Origin: Escherichia phage GADS24
Length of the DNA: 64,000 nucleotides
Reading direction: 5' to 3' (one strand)
Sequence record: OQ703618.1
Below are positions 60,694 to 64,000 of this stretch, piece after piece. How positions within the stretch are numbered: position 1 is the stretch's first letter; the number at the start of each line of letters is the position of its first letter. The position numbers were made by a program, and so were the translations under genes. Under the pieces are notes generated by a model. The model was not told where the DNA came from. It worked only from the letters and a program-made list of their open reading frames with translations, and ran no database searches.

Positions 60694-60987
60694 TTATTCA
60701 CCTGTGATTTCGGTTACGATATCTTTGTTATCGAAATTAGGGTCACAATACAAAACATAATTGTACTGCATGATACCGCCAGACTTAAGTTGTTCAACAA
60801 CTTTATTAACCATATTAGGACGGTCTCTTTTAGTGATGTTCATGATATCAGAGAAGATTTGTTGTTCAACATCTTCTTGATTTGCAGTCATTGACCACTC
60901 ACAGAGGTCTTTATCATAACCTGCCGTAACTGGAGCTGGTGCACATGATACTGCAAGTAAGATTGCTGCCAATGATAACTTTTTCAT
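60694..60987 (-). CDS. sp: secreted periplasmic protein, Spackle (Sp)-like by size, signal peptide and position
   Basis: 97 aa with N-terminal signal peptide MKKLSLAAILLAVSCAPAPVTA; AAGGAG RBS; T4 sp is a 97-aa periplasmic protein in the 61.x region. Confidence 0.45.
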   Translation of the reverse strand: MKKLSLAAILLAVSCAPAPVTAGYDKDLCEWSMTANQEDVEQQIFSDIMNITKRDRPNMVNKVVEQLKSGGIMQYNYVLYCDPNFDNKDIVTEITGE

Positions 60988-61016
60988 TTTAACTCCTTAG
61001 TTGATTTGATAGGACT

Positions 61017-61046
61017 ACTATACTATAGTCCATCTATAATGTAAAC
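61017..61046 (-). promoter_or_regulatory. T4-type early promoter (GTTTAC, 18 nt, TATAGT)
   Basis: Motif match. Confidence 0.45.
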
Positions 61047-61050
61047 AAGT

Positions 61051-61299
61051 TTATTCTTTTTCGCGAATAATAATTACTTGTTGAGGCTGCTGAGCAGATT
61101 TCTTTTCGGCAACGATAGACCAAATTAAAGTTCCAATCCAACCAACCATCGTCCAGTTAAAGAGTAAAGATACAAAGAAGATTGCTGTTGTGCTTTTTGT
61201 GCCACGAATAAGTGCGATTACCCAAGGCAACATGTAAATGATGATTGAACCAATACCTGCGATTAAAACCGCTACTGAACTAGCTACGAATAATTCCAT
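61051..61299 (-). CDS. small two-TM membrane protein, 82 aa
   Basis: ATG 61297-61299; two hydrophobic helices. Confidence 0.5.
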   Translation of the reverse strand: MELFVASSVAVLIAGIGSIIIYMLPWVIALIRGTKSTTAIFFVSLLFNWTMVGWIGTLIWSIVAEKKSAQQPQQVIIIREKE

Positions 61300-61327
61300 G
61301 TTAATTTCCTCTTGATTTGTTATGTTT

Positions 61328-61357
61328 ATAATATCTTATTTTAACTTTGGTGTAAAC
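61328..61357 (-). promoter_or_regulatory. T4-type early promoter (GTTTAC, 18 nt, TATTAT)
   Basis: Motif match. Confidence 0.45.
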
Positions 61358-61360
61358 CAA

Positions 61361-61729
61361 TTAGTTAAATTTGTTTAAACGTTCAATACACTGGACGTAG
61401 TTATTTGCGATTTGTTTCTGGGTAGGCTCTTTACCAGTTGTTTCAACATAGCGAATGAATGCGATTTCAGTAGCCTGTAGACAATGTTCTTTAACGCGTT
61501 GTTCTTTTGACATAGCTACAGTATCAGAATCACGATAACGTTGAGCATGTGCATCAGCTTGAATCATTCGATTACCTACAGTAACCGGGTCTTCCACTTC
61601 AACTTTAGGTTGGTCATACTGTTTAACATTTGGATTGTAAATCAGTTGGCCAACGTTATTAGGGATAAAGCCATGGGCACCACATCCGGTTAATCCAAAT
61701 ACCATTGCTAAAGCGATTAATTTTTTCAT
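61361..61729 (-). CDS. lipoprotein, 122 aa
   Basis: Signal peptide with lipobox LTGC; ATG 61727-61729. Confidence 0.55.
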   Translation of the reverse strand: MKKLIALAMVFGLTGCGAHGFIPNNVGQLIYNPNVKQYDQPKVEVEDPVTVGNRMIQADAHAQRYRDSDTVAMSKEQRVKEHCLQATEIAFIRYVETTGKEPTQKQIANNYVQCIERLNKFN

Positions 61730-61757
61730 TTCAATTTCCTCTGTGGTTGATAGAAAG

Positions 61758-61787
61758 ATAGTAACACAGTATGCGATGCTTGTAAAC
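61758..61787 (-). promoter_or_regulatory. T4-type early promoter (GTTTAC, 18 nt, TACTAT)
   Basis: Motif match. Confidence 0.45.
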
Positions 61788-61789
61788 AG

Positions 61790-62002
61790 CTATTTTAAAC
61801 TTTTGCGAAATTTGCGTTTTTCTTGACGAATCTGTCGTTTAGTCGGACGTACAGCAAATTTAACGAAGTCCACTTTGCCATGTGGAAACTTTTCAGATGC
61901 TTCACAGTCCATCATTAGTTCCCATCCTTCCAGAATAAGAGCTTTCCATTGTGTAGTTGATGCAAATTCGTATGTTGATGGTTTAAACACAGTTGAATAC
62001 AT
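61790..62002 (-). CDS. hypothetical basic protein, 70 aa
   Basis: ATG 62000-62002 with AGAGGA RBS, one nt from upstream stop; track start is TTG at 62047. Confidence 0.4.
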   Translation of the reverse strand: MYSTVFKPSTYEFASTTQWKALILEGWELMMDCEASEKFPHGKVDFVKFAVRPTKRQIRQEKRKFRKSLK

Positions 62003-62003
62003 A

Positions 62004-62195
62004 TTATCCTCTGAAATCAGCTTCAAAAACTTTCTCGTCATTAACAAATGCTTTAACTAATGCTTTGTTCACTTCAGCAAGTTGTACCGTAACCCACTCG
62101 ATTTCTTCGCGATCACCTGATAACATGATATCTTTAGTGAACATCTCACCACTTTTAAACCAACCAATAAAAGTAACTTTAGTTAATTTGCTCAT
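62004..62195 (-). CDS. Dmd-like small protein (tentative), 63 aa
   Basis: ATG 62193-62195 with GAGGAAAT RBS and ATGA overlap with upstream stop; small 61.x-region protein; assignment is by weak recollection of T4 Dmd, not verified. Confidence 0.3.
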   Translation of the reverse strand: MSKLTKVTFIGWFKSGEMFTKDIMLSGDREEIEWVTVQLAEVNKALVKAFVNDEKVFEADFRG

Positions 62196-62509
62196 ATTTC
62201 CTCGCAAAATGCCCATTCAGCGTGATAAACTGTAGCACCTTTAGTATTATTCATTTGAACTACGTCTACCGGAGAAATTACTCGATAGAGACGTGGTTCA
62301 CCTCCATAAGAGCGTGCTGCTCGTCCTGCATAAATCTTTGCTAAACCAATATCTTCAGTAAAGAATACACGATCCAGGTTTTTCTTACGTCCAGTTTCAG
62401 ACAGAACTCCTGTTTCCTCAGGAGGACAAAGCATGTTTTCGATGTTAGCTGAACTACTTGAACCGTGATAAAAAATCTTAAATTCTGCTTTACAATCGAT
62501 GGTTTTCAT
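62192..62509 (-). CDS. hypothetical protein, 105 aa
   Basis: Track ORF; early promoter upstream. Confidence 0.5.
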   Translation of the reverse strand: MKTIDCKAEFKIFYHGSSSSANIENMLCPPEETGVLSETGRKKNLDRVFFTEDIGLAKIYAGRAARSYGGEPRLYRVISPVDVVQMNNTKGATVYHAEWAFCEEI

Positions 62510-62535
62510 TTTGTTCTCCAGTAGTTGATAAGTCT

Positions 62536-62564
62536 ATAATAACACAACTACTGGAGAAGTAAAC
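62536..62564 (-). promoter_or_regulatory. T4-type early promoter (GTTTAC, 17 nt, TATTAT)
   Basis: Motif match. Confidence 0.5.
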
Positions 62565-62939
62565 TTAAAAACGTAATTTAGATACATCTACGTTGATTTC
62601 GCTTTGGTTTGCGTCGTATGCAATTAAACGAACCGCTTTAGATGGGTCATTCAATGCATAGAAATGATGGAACATTGCTCGAACGATATCACCATTTACG
62701 AGTTCTACCTGGATAGGAGAACCTTTTTCGAGTTGGAAATGTTCATAAGCTTTGATGGTTCGCAGATAATCAAGTTTTTGATTTCCGGCTCCAACAATTT
62801 GTACGATACGTTTGCCCATGTTTTCCATACGAGATACAATAGTTTTAGGAGCAAGAATAACGTAGGTTGCCAGTGGAGAAACTACTTCAACAGTTGTGTT
62901 TTCGGTGATTGCAGTAAAAATTGCTTGAGACATATTCAT
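62565..62939 (-). CDS. hypothetical protein, 124 aa
   Basis: Track ORF. Confidence 0.5.
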   Translation of the reverse strand: MNMSQAIFTAITENTTVEVVSPLATYVILAPKTIVSRMENMGKRIVQIVGAGNQKLDYLRTIKAYEHFQLEKGSPIQVELVNGDIVRAMFHHFYALNDPSKAVRLIAYDANQSEINVDVSKLRF

Positions 62940-62968
62940 AATGTTTTCCTCTTGGTTGGTGTAAGTAC

Positions 62969-62998
62969 ATCATATCATGCCTAGAGGAAGATGTAAAC
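62969..62998 (-). promoter_or_regulatory. T4-type early promoter (GTTTAC, 17 nt, TATGAT)
   Basis: Motif match. Confidence 0.4.
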
Positions 62999-63005
62999 CC
63001 CGAAA

Positions 63006-63021
63006 GGAGACCGAAGTCTCC
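63006..63021 (-). other. GGAGAC-CGAA-GUCUCC hairpin after gene 41 stop (T-tract on plus side, weak U-tract on minus side)
   Basis: Perfect inverted repeat; orientation of termination ambiguous. Confidence 0.4.
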
Positions 63022-63027
63022 TTTTTA

Positions 63028-64000
63028 TTAAAATTTTAACTCATTGGCTAAGCTATCTAGGTCAGCACGTGTTGTTTTGGCTTTACCTACGCGTTCCGTA
63101 CGATTCACCTCTGCCTGACGCATCTGAGCACCTGCGTTTTCATTTACTGTGTTAGGTGTGTTCATGCCTTCTTGCTCAATCTCAATCCATTTCTGGTTGC
63201 CTTTACGTACACCCATCAGGAATTTATTCCACTTATTCTTATCACCGTATCGTGATTTGATTTGTTTGATAAGTTGTTGTTCAGCTTGTGCAAGTTCTTC
63301 TGTTTCAATTACGGCCAACATGAAATCTGCCGTTGCTGGTAAACCTGCTGATTCTGCAATATCACTCATGTTCATATCCGAAGCATCCCATGCTGCACGT
63401 CCTACTTGAGCTGCAGTCCATAGAACTGTTTCAGATTCTACTGCTAATGCACGAAGTTCTTCTGCGATAGCTTTAACTAATGTGTAGCTATTTTCAGTGT
63501 AAACTCTGATACGACAAGACCCACAAATACCTAAGTAATCAACCATGATTACAGATGGCACAAAGTTCTTCTTGAGTTTCAATTCATTAAGCAATGCACG
63601 GAATGTATTAGCATTAGCTCCACCAGTAGGATACTGTTTAACTACTAAACGTCCTAATGTTGTTTTTGAACGCCATTTTTCCATCTTAGCTTTATATTCA
63701 GCATAAGATACGTTACCATCATCGATATCATCGAGTGATACGTCAAGCATGTTTGCATCTATACGCTTAGCGCAAACTTCTTCGGCCATTTCCATGGAAA
63801 TATAAAGAACATTATGACCTGTTTGAAGATAATCTGCAGCAAGTGAACAAAGGCCTAAAGATTTACCGACGTTAACACCAGCCATTAAAACGTTTAGTGT
63901 ACCTGTTTCTGCACCGCCTTTGGTGATTTTATTCAAAATGTTTAATTTGAACGGGACCTTACGTGCTTTATTTAGATAAGAAAGCCAGCGTGCTTCGTAG
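63028..64000 (-). CDS. 41: replicative DNA helicase gp41 (DnaB-like), C-terminal part; gene continues beyond window end
   Basis: Translation matches T4 gp41 C-terminal two-thirds (GVNVGKSLGLCSLAADYLQ.GHNVLYISMEMAEEV...); frame stays open upstream of the track's TTG start to position 64000. Confidence 0.93.
   Translation of the reverse strand, partial: YEARWLSYLNKARKVPFKLNILNKITKGGAETGTLNVLMAGVNVGKSLGLCSLAADYLQTGHNVLYISMEMAEEVCAKRIDANMLDVSLDDIDDGNVSYAEYKAKMEKWRSKTTLGRLVVKQYPTGGANANTFRALLNELKLKKNFVPSVIMVDYLGICGSCRIRVYTENSYTLVKAIAEELRALAVESETVLWTAAQVGRAAWDASDMNMSDIAESAGLPATADFMLAVIETEELAQAEQQLIKQIKSRYGDKNKWNKFLMGVRKGNQKWIEIEQEGMNTPNTVNENAGAQMRQAEVNRTERVGKAKTTRADLDSLANELKF

Overview
This window reads as a T4-like (Tevenvirinae, Tequatrovirus-like) myovirus genome segment, almost perfectly colinear with the phage T4 map from alt/gene 30 to gene 41. 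Identifications rest on recalled T4 protein sequences and synteny; no database search was run, and most gene starts were checked by hand against the sequence. Order along the window: alt (partial), 30 (DNA ligase), 30.x ORFs, rIII, 31, cd, pseT, spanin pair, alc, rnlA, denA, nrdB, nrdA, td, frd, 32, 59, 33, dsbA, rnh (all minus strand); then the late tail-fibre operon 34-35-36-37-38 and holin t on the plus strand; then asiA, arn-region ORFs, motA, 52, ndd, denB, rIIB, rIIA, 39, dexA, dda, srd, modA, modB, soc, 56, 61, 61.x ORFs and the 3' part of gene 41 (minus strand). The minus-strand genes are punctuated by a recurring T4 early-promoter motif (GTTTAC, 17-18 nt spacer, TATAAT-like -10) and by GGGAGAC-UUCG-GUCUCCC tetraloop hairpins; late genes carry TATAAATA. 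The main departures from T4 are: (1) a class I DAHP synthase (AroG-like) gene translationally coupled downstream of cd; (2) a GT-B-type glycosyltransferase-like gene between rIIA.1 and an unsplit 605-aa topoisomerase gene 39; (3) td and nrdB without introns and no homing endonuclease genes recognised; (4) a roughly 360-bp ORF-free region downstream of rIII; (5) a tandem triplet of paralogous early genes upstream of dexA. No tRNA, rRNA, CRISPR array or transposable element was found.
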